Below, one piece after another: positions 1-7,581 of a stretch of DNA of 64,000 bases. The notes under the pieces were generated by a model. The model did no database searches, had not been told where the DNA came from, and saw only the letters and a list, made by a program, of their open reading frames with translations. The first letter of the stretch is position 1; every line of letters starts with the position of its first letter. Both the position numbers and the translations under genes were made by a program. The stretch comes from Patescibacteria group bacterium (GTDB lineage Bacteria; Patescibacteriota; Minisyncoccia; Minisyncoccales; JAHCRE01). Location of the stretch: NCBI GenBank assembly GCA_020148145.1, contig JAHCRE010000011.1, forward strand, positions 3,360 to 67,359, read 5' to 3'.

Positions 1-2
1 AT

Positions 3-188
3 ATGGAAATAGACGGCATACCAGCTTTGAGGGTTTATACTCCTAAATCACCCATGGCTTGGTCTCAAGAAGATATTTACTTTATAAAGAATGATAAAGT
101 CTTTCAGATTAGCATGTTAAACGTGGACAACAAAGATAATAGGGCACTGTACGATAAAATACTTTTTACCTTCAGTATCTCAGAGTAA
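3..188 (+). CDS. hypothetical protein, 3' part (may start upstream of window)
   Basis: ORF open from window edge to TAA 186-188; no recognisable motif. Confidence 0.3.
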   Translation: MEIDGIPALRVYTPKSPMAWSQEDIYFIKNDKVFQISMLNVDNKDNRALYDKILFTFSISE

Positions 189-230
189 TTAATTTCACTA
201 AACAGGTTCTAACATCGTCCGTCCCTCGGA

Positions 231-294
231 GCCGCCGCCCCGAGAGCGAAGCCGTGAACCGAATTTATTCTGGTTCTGCGGTTTTTCTCGGGGG
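231..294 (+). repeat. GC-rich hairpin repeat, family R2, copy a
   Basis: GCCGCCGCCCCGAGAGCGAAGCCGTGAACCGAATT..ATTCTGGTTCTGCGGTTTTTCTCGGGG; outer stem CCCCGAGA/TCTCGGGG; second copy at 1017-1114. Confidence 0.7.
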
Positions 295-319
295 TTATTT
301 TATGGTATAATAGAACAAT

Positions 320-577
320 ATGGAAGAAGAAAAACAAATTTCACCACAGCCTCAAAAGAAAAATAAATGGGCATTGGCCTCTTTAATTTGTGGAGTTTTG
401 AGTATTTTTTCCATGTTTGGAATTTTTGGTATTTTTCCCTTCCTCGCTATCGCATTCGGAACTATGGGACTTATTAAAAAAGAAAATAAAACTTTTTCAA
501 TCATTGGAATCACTCTTGGAATTTTAGCACTCATTTTTAAATCCTTTCTCTTTTTCTTAAGTTGGCTTTGGAAGTGA
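320..577 (+). CDS. small membrane protein, DUF4190-like
   Basis: 85 aa, two hydrophobic segments (ALASLICGVLSIF.., SIIGITLGILALIF) in DUF4190-like arrangement; family call from memory. Confidence 0.55.
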   Translation: MEEEKQISPQPQKKNKWALASLICGVLSIFSMFGIFGIFPFLAIAFGTMGLIKKENKTFSIIGITLGILALIFKSFLFFLSWLWK

Positions 578-608
578 AGGTTTAGAGGTTCGAGTCCTTT
601 CTGGGGAG
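578..608 (+). other. tRNA 3'-half-like fragment (T-arm plus acceptor 3' strand) with no 5' half
   Basis: AGAGG-TTCGAGT-CCTTT then CTGGGGA-G; no complementary acceptor strand, D-arm or anticodon arm upstream. Confidence 0.4.
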
Positions 609-655
609 CTTTAATCCCGAGAGTTTTTCTCGGGAGGGGTTTGTTCTTCCAGGAC

Positions 656-685
656 TTGACAAATTTAAAATCAATATGGTATAAT
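656..685 (+). promoter_or_regulatory. consensus sigma70-type promoter TTGACA-N18-(TGG)TATAAT
   Basis: CTTGACAAATTTAAAATCAATATGGTATAAT; near-identical to the promoter at 47607-47636 (-). Confidence 0.6.
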
Positions 686-726
686 TGAGACATAAATAAG
701 GAGGGGCTGAATAGGAGGCGAGAAGA

Positions 727-936
727 ATGAATATCCACGCTAAAAAGGGTGACAAGGTCATTTACAAGCATCCAAATAGTGGTTACAAACACCACCAAGA
801 GACAGCAAGGAAACACTTAGTGCTAAATCAGGTATACACCGTTGAGAGAACTGAAGTAGGTGATTGGCATACAGATGTATATCTACAAGAAGTTCCTGGG
901 ATTGCATTCAATAGTGCTCATTTCGAAGATACGTAA
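727..936 (+). CDS. hypothetical small protein (69 aa)
   Basis: strong SD (AAGGAGG..AGGAGG) upstream of ATG, consensus promoter upstream. Confidence 0.6.
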   Translation: MNIHAKKGDKVIYKHPNSGYKHHQETARKHLVLNQVYTVERTEVGDWHTDVYLQEVPGIAFNSAHFEDT

Positions 937-1016
937 AAAACCAGAAATAGCATCTATATAGTCTACATGTATGTTGTCTCAAACTCTCTAACTACGGTTG
1001 GAGAGCTTTTTTATTT

Positions 1017-1114
1017 CCGCCCGCCCCGAGAGCGAAGCCGTGAACCGAATTCTTGCCCCGTAGTGAACTCCGTTCTACTACTGGGGTATTCTGGTTCTGC
1101 GGTTTTTCTCGGGG
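1017..1114 (+). repeat. GC-rich hairpin repeat, family R2, copy b, with a nested hairpin insertion (1056-1086)
   Basis: same arms as 231-294, interrupted by CCCCGTAGTGAAC-TCC-GTTCTACTACTGGGG (CCCAGTAG hairpin family). Confidence 0.7.
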
Positions 1115-1172
1115 TTTTGGTTTTGGGATATTTTTGCTAAAATAATAATATAGTATTTTATTAGGAAAAATT

Positions 1173-1769
1173 ATGGAAGAAGTAATTCCCAAAGAAGAAT
1201 TTAATAAATTGATGAAAATTGAAGGAGAGGTAAAAGGGTCTGCAATTAAGGAGGCCATAAGATTTATTTTCAAAGAAAAAGGGGGAGAGGGAATAAAGAA
1301 ATTAGAGGACACGATAATAAAGCTCGGTTATCCAAAATACAGAGAGATAAAAACAATGGATTTTTATCCTATAGGGATAGCCGCTATTACCCAGATAGTC
1401 ATTAAGAGGCTTTTTAATTTCGACGACAAAAAGCTTCAGGAAATGGGAAAATTTGAGGCCAAATTTTCTTTAATCATCAGACTTTTAACAAAGTATTTAT
1501 TTTCACTTGAGAAGGCAGTTAAGCAAGTCCCAGAAATGTGGGAAAAATACTATACGGTCGGAGATCTTAAAGTGGCTGAATATGATGAAGAGAAAAAATA
1601 TTTAATTTTAAGACTAGAAAATTTCCGTGTCCACCCACTTTTCTGTCAAGTCTTAAAAGGGTATTTTTCCAGCATACTTCAAATGATAGTTAGGGATGAA
1701 ATAACCTGTAAGGAAACAAAGTGTATTTTTCGCGGTGATGAATATGATGAATTTTTACTAAAGTGGTAA
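1173..1769 (+). CDS. hypothetical protein (198 aa), possible V4R/DUF2378-like ligand-binding fold
   Basis: long ORF; C-terminal C..ETKC..GDEY pattern; family guess weak. Confidence 0.55.
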   Translation: MEEVIPKEEFNKLMKIEGEVKGSAIKEAIRFIFKEKGGEGIKKLEDTIIKLGYPKYREIKTMDFYPIGIAAITQIVIKRLFNFDDKKLQEMGKFEAKFSLIIRLLTKYLFSLEKAVKQVPEMWEKYYTVGDLKVAEYDEEKKYLILRLENFRVHPLFCQVLKGYFSSILQMIVRDEITCKETKCIFRGDEYDEFLLKW

Positions 1770-1908
1770 GCAGTAGCATAGGGTTTTATTAAAAAAATTT
1801 GTGAATTTCTTGGTTGACAAACCTTAGATAAAAAAAGAGAATAAAATAAGAACTTTGATTATACTCAAGGTCGAATCGAATAAATAATTTTAATTAAATA
1901 AAATTAAA

Positions 1909-2136
1909 ATGATAGAAACTATTTTTTGGATAATTTTAATTGTCGTAGTAATAGGTCTGATTTGGTATTTTCTTCGGCAAAAAGGAGCACCAGCACCAAC
2001 CGAGGAACCTGAGGAAAAACCGGAAGTTCCATCATCAGAGATTCCTTTGGAGGTTCCTCCCTCAGCAACTCCCCCTGAAATTCCACCATCAGAGACTCCA
2101 CCTGAAGTTCCACCATCGGAAACACCAACCATTTAA
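1909..2136 (+). CDS. small membrane-anchored Pro/Glu-rich repeat protein
   Basis: N-terminal TM (IFWIILIVVVIGLIWYF), then PPSE(T/I)PPE(V/I) repeats; AAGGTCGAA box 40 nt upstream. Confidence 0.5.
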   Translation: MIETIFWIILIVVVIGLIWYFLRQKGAPAPTEEPEEKPEVPSSEIPLEVPPSATPPEIPPSETPPEVPPSETPTI

Positions 2137-2169
2137 TTTTTAAATACGATATAAATATGAAATGTTTTG

Positions 2170-2200
2170 CCCGGTAGGACAACTTGGTTGTACTACTGGG
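2170..2200 (+). terminator. hairpin of the CCCAGTAG..ACTACTGGG family (likely terminator)
   Basis: CCCGGTAGGACAAC-TTG-GTTGTACTACTGGG then TTT; related hairpins at 1056-1086 and 53158-53236. Confidence 0.45.
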
Positions 2201-2249
2201 TTTAGTTGTTAGATATTGACAGAAATTTTGAGTTTGTTATACTCAAAAT

Positions 2250-2355
2250 TAGAGATATTTAAACCACCGAGGAGGGATTAGGAGGAAAGAAATTCAGATA
2301 ATGAATCAAATTCAGCCAAAACCGACTTGGAGGGAGGAAAGGAGGTGGTTTTTTT
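2250..2355 (+). ncRNA. candidate small RNA (or 34-aa ORF) between a promoter and a terminator-like stem
   Basis: TTGACA 2216-2221/TATACT 2238-2243; AAACCACC..GGTGGTTTTTTT closing stem around two purine-rich GGAGG-like tracts. Confidence 0.3.
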
Positions 2356-2735
2356 CGTTGGTACAGTTAAAAAACTGTGTTTTTTTATTGAAGGTTTTTT
2401 ATTGAGGGAAGCTACCTCTGGACACCAAGTTAGATGAGATGAGTTATCTCATTTCCTCCCTAACTTTGGTGTCCGGAGATAATTTCTTTTAATGTTTAAG
2501 ATAGAATGGCCTGTGGAAAACTTTTACTTGACCTACCTTTTGACTTAATTATACAATAATTAAATTGAATAATTTGCTTAGAGGAGGAGCTAAGTAAAAA
2601 ATCAGTGTCCTACCCATCAAAGTTAGGAAATAAAAATTTTATACCTCAAACAAAAACTTCTCAAGAAGGGGAAGTTTTTATTTTTTTATAAATAAAGGTC
2701 AACCAAAAATTAACAATTATAGATTTGTTAAAAAA

Positions 2736-3983
2736 ATGAAAAAAATAATCTTAGCAATAATTTCAGCAACACTATTATTTACTATTCAGTCAACCTTAGC
2801 TACACCTACAAACTTAGTTGTCAATGGAGATTTTGAAACACCAGAAGTCACCAATTCTAGTAAATGGCAGGTTTTTTCCTCAGACGCTGTTCCAGGCTGG
2901 ACAGTAGAATGGGCAGCAGAATATTCAGGAGCACCAGACCCTGCCAATCTTGAGCTGCATGAGGGTGTTCTTATGTCTGCATATGACGGCGATCAGTCTG
3001 TAGAGATGGACACTGATTGGAGTTCAGCCAATGGAGAGCCAGCTTCAGTTAAAATTTATCAGGATATTGAAACATGCGTAGGCGGTGAATACACTTTAAG
3101 TTATGCCTGGTCTCCGCGTCCCAGACACAATAATAATGCAATGGAAGTTTACTGGAATGGAAGTTTAGTTGGAAGTCATTCAGGATCAACTTCTGGTTGG
3201 AACTTAGAGACAATAACCGGTTTAACTGCCTCTGGAGCTACAACCCGAATCGAATTTATTGAAACAGGTAATCCTGATTCTTTGGGAATGTTTTTAGATG
3301 CAGTAAGCGTTGAGCAGACCAAGGATTGTCTTTTAAGGGAAGCAGAAATTACTTCGCCAGCAGCAGGAGATACTATAGTTGGTTCAGTTGATTTCACAGC
3401 TTACTTAATTGATGATGACCAAGATCCTGTCCAGTGGGCTGTTAGAAAAGGAACTTGCGCTATGGGACAAGGCACGGTTTTAGGAAATGTTGATGGACAT
3501 AATGACCCCTATACTTGGACATATGATTCAGGTACCCACACTCATACTTTCTTAGCCACAGCTGATACTTGTGCCTGGGAGCCAGGAGATTATTGTTTTG
3601 TTTTTAATCCCAAAGAAGATAGCGGCGAAAGTGATATCCGCTTAACCCGTGAGTTTATAGTTGCTTCCTGCGATGAAGACGGTGATGGTATTGATAATAA
3701 TGAAGATATGTGTTTAGGAACAGGGGCAGATGTTCCCGAGGAAGAATTAGGAACTAATAGATGGATATGGGATGGGACTGACTGGATAACAAACAAACCA
3801 AAAGGAAAAGGCAAAGGACTTGATAGAGATTTTACTATTGAACAAACTAATGGATGTAGCTGTTTTCAGATACTTTATTGGCTTAATGAAAATTATCTTG
3901 CGGAATATGGTGAAATGAATGGTCATTGGAAATTTGGTTGCAGTAAGAGCGTTATAGAAGATTTTATTTCTCTTACTGACTAA
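2736..3983 (+). CDS. secreted protein: DUF642/choice-of-anchor-C-like N-domain plus Cys/Asp-rich C-terminal region
   Basis: signal peptide; NLVVNGDFE..GW..LDAVSV domain shared with the 5086 protein; CDEDGDGIDNNEDMC calcium-binding-like motif. Confidence 0.75.
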   Translation: MKKIILAIISATLLFTIQSTLATPTNLVVNGDFETPEVTNSSKWQVFSSDAVPGWTVEWAAEYSGAPDPANLELHEGVLMSAYDGDQSVEMDTDWSSANGEPASVKIYQDIETCVGGEYTLSYAWSPRPRHNNNAMEVYWNGSLVGSHSGSTSGWNLETITGLTASGATTRIEFIETGNPDSLGMFLDAVSVEQTKDCLLREAEITSPAAGDTIVGSVDFTAYLIDDDQDPVQWAVRKGTCAMGQGTVLGNVDGHNDPYTWTYDSGTHTHTFLATADTCAWEPGDYCFVFNPKEDSGESDIRLTREFIVASCDEDGDGIDNNEDMCLGTGADVPEEELGTNRWIWDGTDWITNKPKGKGKGLDRDFTIEQTNGCSCFQILYWLNENYLAEYGEMNGHWKFGCSKSVIEDFISLTD

Positions 3984-4036
3984 GTAATACAAAAATAAAA
4001 AGGTCGAACAAAATTATTTTAAAATTTTGAAAAAGA

Positions 4037-5011
4037 GTGAAAAAAATATTTTTAGTAACAATCATAGTAACTCTGTTATCTGTAGCAAGTATTGCAATGG
4101 CAGGTATTCCTGATGGAGCAGCTGGTCCCTGGGCAGATGAAATGGTGAGCTTTAATCAAGGAAACAGAGCTAATGGTACGCCAGTTGTGCCCGAAAGAAG
4201 CGACCCTACTCAAGCTCTTGGTCCAGCAGAAGGTACTGATACAATCAATTTTGTTTCTCTTGGTTTTGGTGGAATATTAATCTTGAAATTTGATAACTGC
4301 ATTTTAAACGGCGAAGGTGACGACATAGACATTGTTGAGACAAGTTATGGCAGTCCAAGTTGTGGCGCTTATCCAGAAACAGTTAGGATTTATGCTTCTC
4401 AAGATAATAGTACTTGGGAGGATTTGGGAACGAGCTGTTTAGATGGAGCTTGTGACTTGGGGTCATTGCCCTGGGCTCAATATATAAAGTTAGTTGATGA
4501 AAGTAATACTAGTGATTTTGGCGGGACAGCTGATGGTTTTGATGTTGATGGAGTAAAAGCAATTCATACCGCTGAAGAATGTCCAGAAGAACCTTGTTGT
4601 GGAGGAAAACAGATTAATGTAGGTAATCGTGCCTTTGTCATAAATGATGTAACAGCTGTTGGAAAGACCGGTGGAAATAAAATCATTAATATTGCCAGTA
4701 AAGGTGGCTCAAATGGTGGCAACAACACCATTAGGACCGGTGATGCCCAATCTGTCGCTGTTACTACTACTGTAGTTAATTCTAATTTAAGAGAACCTTG
4801 TTGTAGAGGAAAGCAAATTAATGTAGGTAATCGTGCTTTTGTAATGAACGATGTAACAGCTGTTTCAAAGACTGGCGGAAATAGAATTATTGACGTAGCC
4901 ACAAAAGGTGGTTCAAGCACTGGCCATAATTCAATCACTACTGGTTGGGTCTATTCCGGATCTTCAGCAATGACTGTTGTTAACAGCAATAAAAGAGGAA
5001 TTGTCCGCTAA
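4037..5011 (+). CDS. secreted protein: N-terminal beta-sandwich-like domain plus two CC-initiated Asn/Gly-rich repeat modules
   Basis: GTG start, signal peptide; modules CCGGKQINVGNRAFVINDVTAVGKTGGN..TGDAQSVAV..VVNSN from ~4595 and ~4799. Confidence 0.75.
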   Translation: MKKIFLVTIIVTLLSVASIAMAGIPDGAAGPWADEMVSFNQGNRANGTPVVPERSDPTQALGPAEGTDTINFVSLGFGGILILKFDNCILNGEGDDIDIVETSYGSPSCGAYPETVRIYASQDNSTWEDLGTSCLDGACDLGSLPWAQYIKLVDESNTSDFGGTADGFDVDGVKAIHTAEECPEEPCCGGKQINVGNRAFVINDVTAVGKTGGNKIINIASKGGSNGGNNTIRTGDAQSVAVTTTVVNSNLREPCCRGKQINVGNRAFVMNDVTAVSKTGGNRIIDVATKGGSSTGHNSITTGWVYSGSSAMTVVNSNKRGIVR

Positions 5012-5085
5012 ATAATACAAGGCTCAGGCATTTAGAGCCAAGAAAAGGTCGGCTAAAAATTTAAAAATTTTTAGAAATTAATCAA

Positions 5086-6147
5086 ATGAGAAAAATAATT
5101 GCAATAACAGTTTTGACAGTTTTAACTCTTACTGCTTTTCCAGTAAAAGCTAATGGAAACTTAGTTGTCAATGGTGGCTTCGAAGAGCCAGTAGTTACTG
5201 ATTCAGCCCAGTGGGATATTTTCCCTGACGGTACAACTGGTTTAGGTTGGACTGTTGAGTGGAGAGGAGATATTCCAACCAGCTGGGGCGGCTACCCAAG
5301 ACCAGATCCTTCTTTGCAGGAGCTTCATGCCGGAGTAAATGGCTGGCTTCCTTACGAAAGAGACCAATATGCCGAGCTCGATACAGACTGGTATGGTCCA
5401 GGGCATCCTCAAAACAATGAACCGGCTTCTGTAAAAATTTATCAGAATCTTTCTACTGGATGCGGATGCCAATACGAGTTAACATTTTGGTTTTCACCTC
5501 GACCTGGAACACCCGAGAGCGACAACGTTCTTGAGGTTCAGTGGGGCGGTACGGTTTTAGGCACTATTTCTCGAGCAGGCAATAGCCAGACTGACTGGTC
5601 AGAACACACATATACAGTAACTGCCACAGGTTCTACTACAAGATTGCAGTTTACTGATTTAGGTACTGCTAACTCTCTTGGAACTTTCCTTGATGATGTA
5701 AGTGTTACAGAGATTTCTTGCCCAGAAGAACCATGTTGTGGAGGAAAACAAATCAATGTAGGAAATCATGCCTTTGTGATAAATGATGTAACAGTTGTTT
5801 CAAAGACTGGCGGAAATAGAATTATTAATATTGCCAGTAAAGGCGGCTCAAATGGTGGCAACAACACCATTAGGACCGGCGATGCCCAATCTGTCGCTGT
5901 TACTGATACGGTGGTTAATTCTAATTTAAGAGAAGGTTGTTGCGAAGGAAAGCAAATTAATGTAGGAAATCACGCCTTTGTAATGAACGATGTAACCGCT
6001 GTTTCAAAAACTGGTGGCAATAGAATTATTGATGTAGCCACAAAAGGTGGTACAAGTTATGGCAATAATTCAATCACTACCGGTTGGGTTTATTCTGGAG
6101 CCTCAGCAATGACTGTTGTTAACAGCAATATTATTAGAAGCTGGTAA
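5086..6147 (+). CDS. secreted protein: DUF642/choice-of-anchor-C-like domain plus two Asn/Gly-rich repeat modules
   Basis: signal peptide; N-domain paralogous to the 2736 protein; C-terminal ~400 nt near-identical to 4590-5000. Confidence 0.75.
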   Translation: MRKIIAITVLTVLTLTAFPVKANGNLVVNGGFEEPVVTDSAQWDIFPDGTTGLGWTVEWRGDIPTSWGGYPRPDPSLQELHAGVNGWLPYERDQYAELDTDWYGPGHPQNNEPASVKIYQNLSTGCGCQYELTFWFSPRPGTPESDNVLEVQWGGTVLGTISRAGNSQTDWSEHTYTVTATGSTTRLQFTDLGTANSLGTFLDDVSVTEISCPEEPCCGGKQINVGNHAFVINDVTVVSKTGGNRIINIASKGGSNGGNNTIRTGDAQSVAVTDTVVNSNLREGCCEGKQINVGNHAFVMNDVTAVSKTGGNRIIDVATKGGTSYGNNSITTGWVYSGASAMTVVNSNIIRSW

Positions 6148-6157
6148 GAATTAATAG

Positions 6158-6315
6158 AGCTCAGATCCGCGCCCCCTATAGAAACTAGTGCTTAGGGGGC
6201 GGGACTTGGGCTCTGCCTTGAGCCATGCCCCGATCCTTTAGGATTCGGGGCGAAACCCCGGGTTCTTCGGAATTCGGAGCAAGGTTCAGGTATTTAAAGA
6301 ACCCAAGCCCGCCTA
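6158..6315. repeat. GC-rich multi-hairpin element in an intergenic region
   Basis: CGCCCCC..GGGGGCG, GCCCCGATCCTTTAGGATTCGGGGC, long-range GGCGGGACTTGGG/CCCAAGCCCGCC; strong contrast with AT-rich flanks. Confidence 0.6.
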
Positions 6316-6386
6316 AATTTTTCCCAAAATTTTGGTGGGCAAGAAAGGTCGAAGGGAAAAAATGAATTAAATAACATACAAGTAAA

Positions 6387-6869
6387 ATGAGAAAGATATT
6401 TGTTGGTTTAGCAGTTCTAGCTTTAGCCTTGATGGCAGTTGCTCCAGCTTTTGCTCGTGGGCCCAAACAGGTTGCTGTAGATAATTGCGCTTTTGTAATA
6501 AATGATGTAACAGCTGTTGGAAAGACTGGTGGAAACAAAATTATAAATATTGCCAGTAAAGGTGGCGATAACGATGGTAACAATACCATTAGGACCGGTG
6601 AAGTCGAGTCTGTTGCTTATGCTGAGACTATGGCTAATTCTAATTTACAAGAAGGTTGCTGCATGAGAAAGCAGATTAATGTAAATAATCATGCTTTTGT
6701 AATGAATGATGTAACAGCTGTTGGAAAAACTGGTGGGAACAAAATTGTTGATGTAGCCACAAAAGGTGGTGCAAGTGGTGGCAACAATTCAATTACTACT
6801 GGTTGGGTTTTGTCTGGAGCTACAGCAATTACTGTTGTTAACAGCAATATTACTAGAGGTGTAGAGTAG
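6387..6869 (+). CDS. secreted minimal protein: signal peptide plus two Asn/Gly-rich repeat modules only
   Basis: 160 aa; same module as the C-termini of the 4037 and 5086 proteins. Confidence 0.75.
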   Translation: MRKIFVGLAVLALALMAVAPAFARGPKQVAVDNCAFVINDVTAVGKTGGNKIINIASKGGDNDGNNTIRTGEVESVAYAETMANSNLQEGCCMRKQINVNNHAFVMNDVTAVGKTGGNKIVDVATKGGASGGNNSITTGWVLSGATAITVVNSNITRGVE

Positions 6870-7012
6870 TAGGACCATAGATATAAGATTGATTGTTAAG
6901 AATAAGGAAGAGGGTTCCTTGCCTCTTCCTCTGGATAAGCTCTTATAAAACCTTATAAAAGATTGATATGAGGGCTTATACAAGGGAAGACTACGACCCA
7001 CCCACCCTAAAT

Positions 7013-7576
7013 ATGAAAAAAAATCTTACAATTATCATTTTGGCTTTAATAATTATTCCTTTATCTGTTCAAGCTTTTTCCTTTGAAGAACTTTTTAACG
7101 AACTAGGAGAACTATTCTCCGATGAAGAATGGTTTTCTGAAGAATGGGTTTCTAATGAAAATGGCGATAGTCAAGTGATAAATAGGATTAATGTTTCAAC
7201 CAATACTGGCGATACAGTAATAAATGGTGAAGTAAAAGAAGGTGAGACAAAGAGTAAAGTCTATGTAAAAAATATTATTAACGGAACAGAAATAGATCCA
7301 ATTGAGATTGAATCTGAGGCAAACGAAGTTAAAGTGGAAAGCGAAATTAAAGTAGAGGATGACAAAGCCATTGTTCAAAGAGAAATCCAGATTGATTCTG
7401 AAACCGAGACAGAAACTTATGAGGTAGATTTGGAAGATGCTGATTCTTGTCTTTCTGAAATGGAAGCTTGTGAAGGGAATTTAGGAGAGACTGAAGAGAG
7501 TGTAACCGGCAGCTGGTGGGGCAACTTCGTTGATAATCTAAAATCTTTTTTCTGGAATATTTTTAGTATTTTTTAA
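7013..7576 (+). CDS. secreted acidic protein (start moved to MKKNLTIIILA)
   Basis: signal peptide begins at in-frame ATG 7013; Glu/Asp-rich. Confidence 0.6.
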   Translation: MKKNLTIIILALIIIPLSVQAFSFEELFNELGELFSDEEWFSEEWVSNENGDSQVINRINVSTNTGDTVINGEVKEGETKSKVYVKNIINGTEIDPIEIESEANEVKVESEIKVEDDKAIVQREIQIDSETETETYEVDLEDADSCLSEMEACEGNLGETEESVTGSWWGNFVDNLKSFFWNIFSIF

Positions 7577-7581
7577 AGAAT

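Noticed and set aside
352-816. Antisense or shadow ORFs in the track (352-816, 992-1312, 6185-6589, 8367-9740 set, 46263-47080 set, 53636-54109, 61830-62264 and similar)
   Set aside because: They lie opposite or overlapping well-supported genes, or run through GC-rich repeat elements. They have no start context and low-complexity translations.
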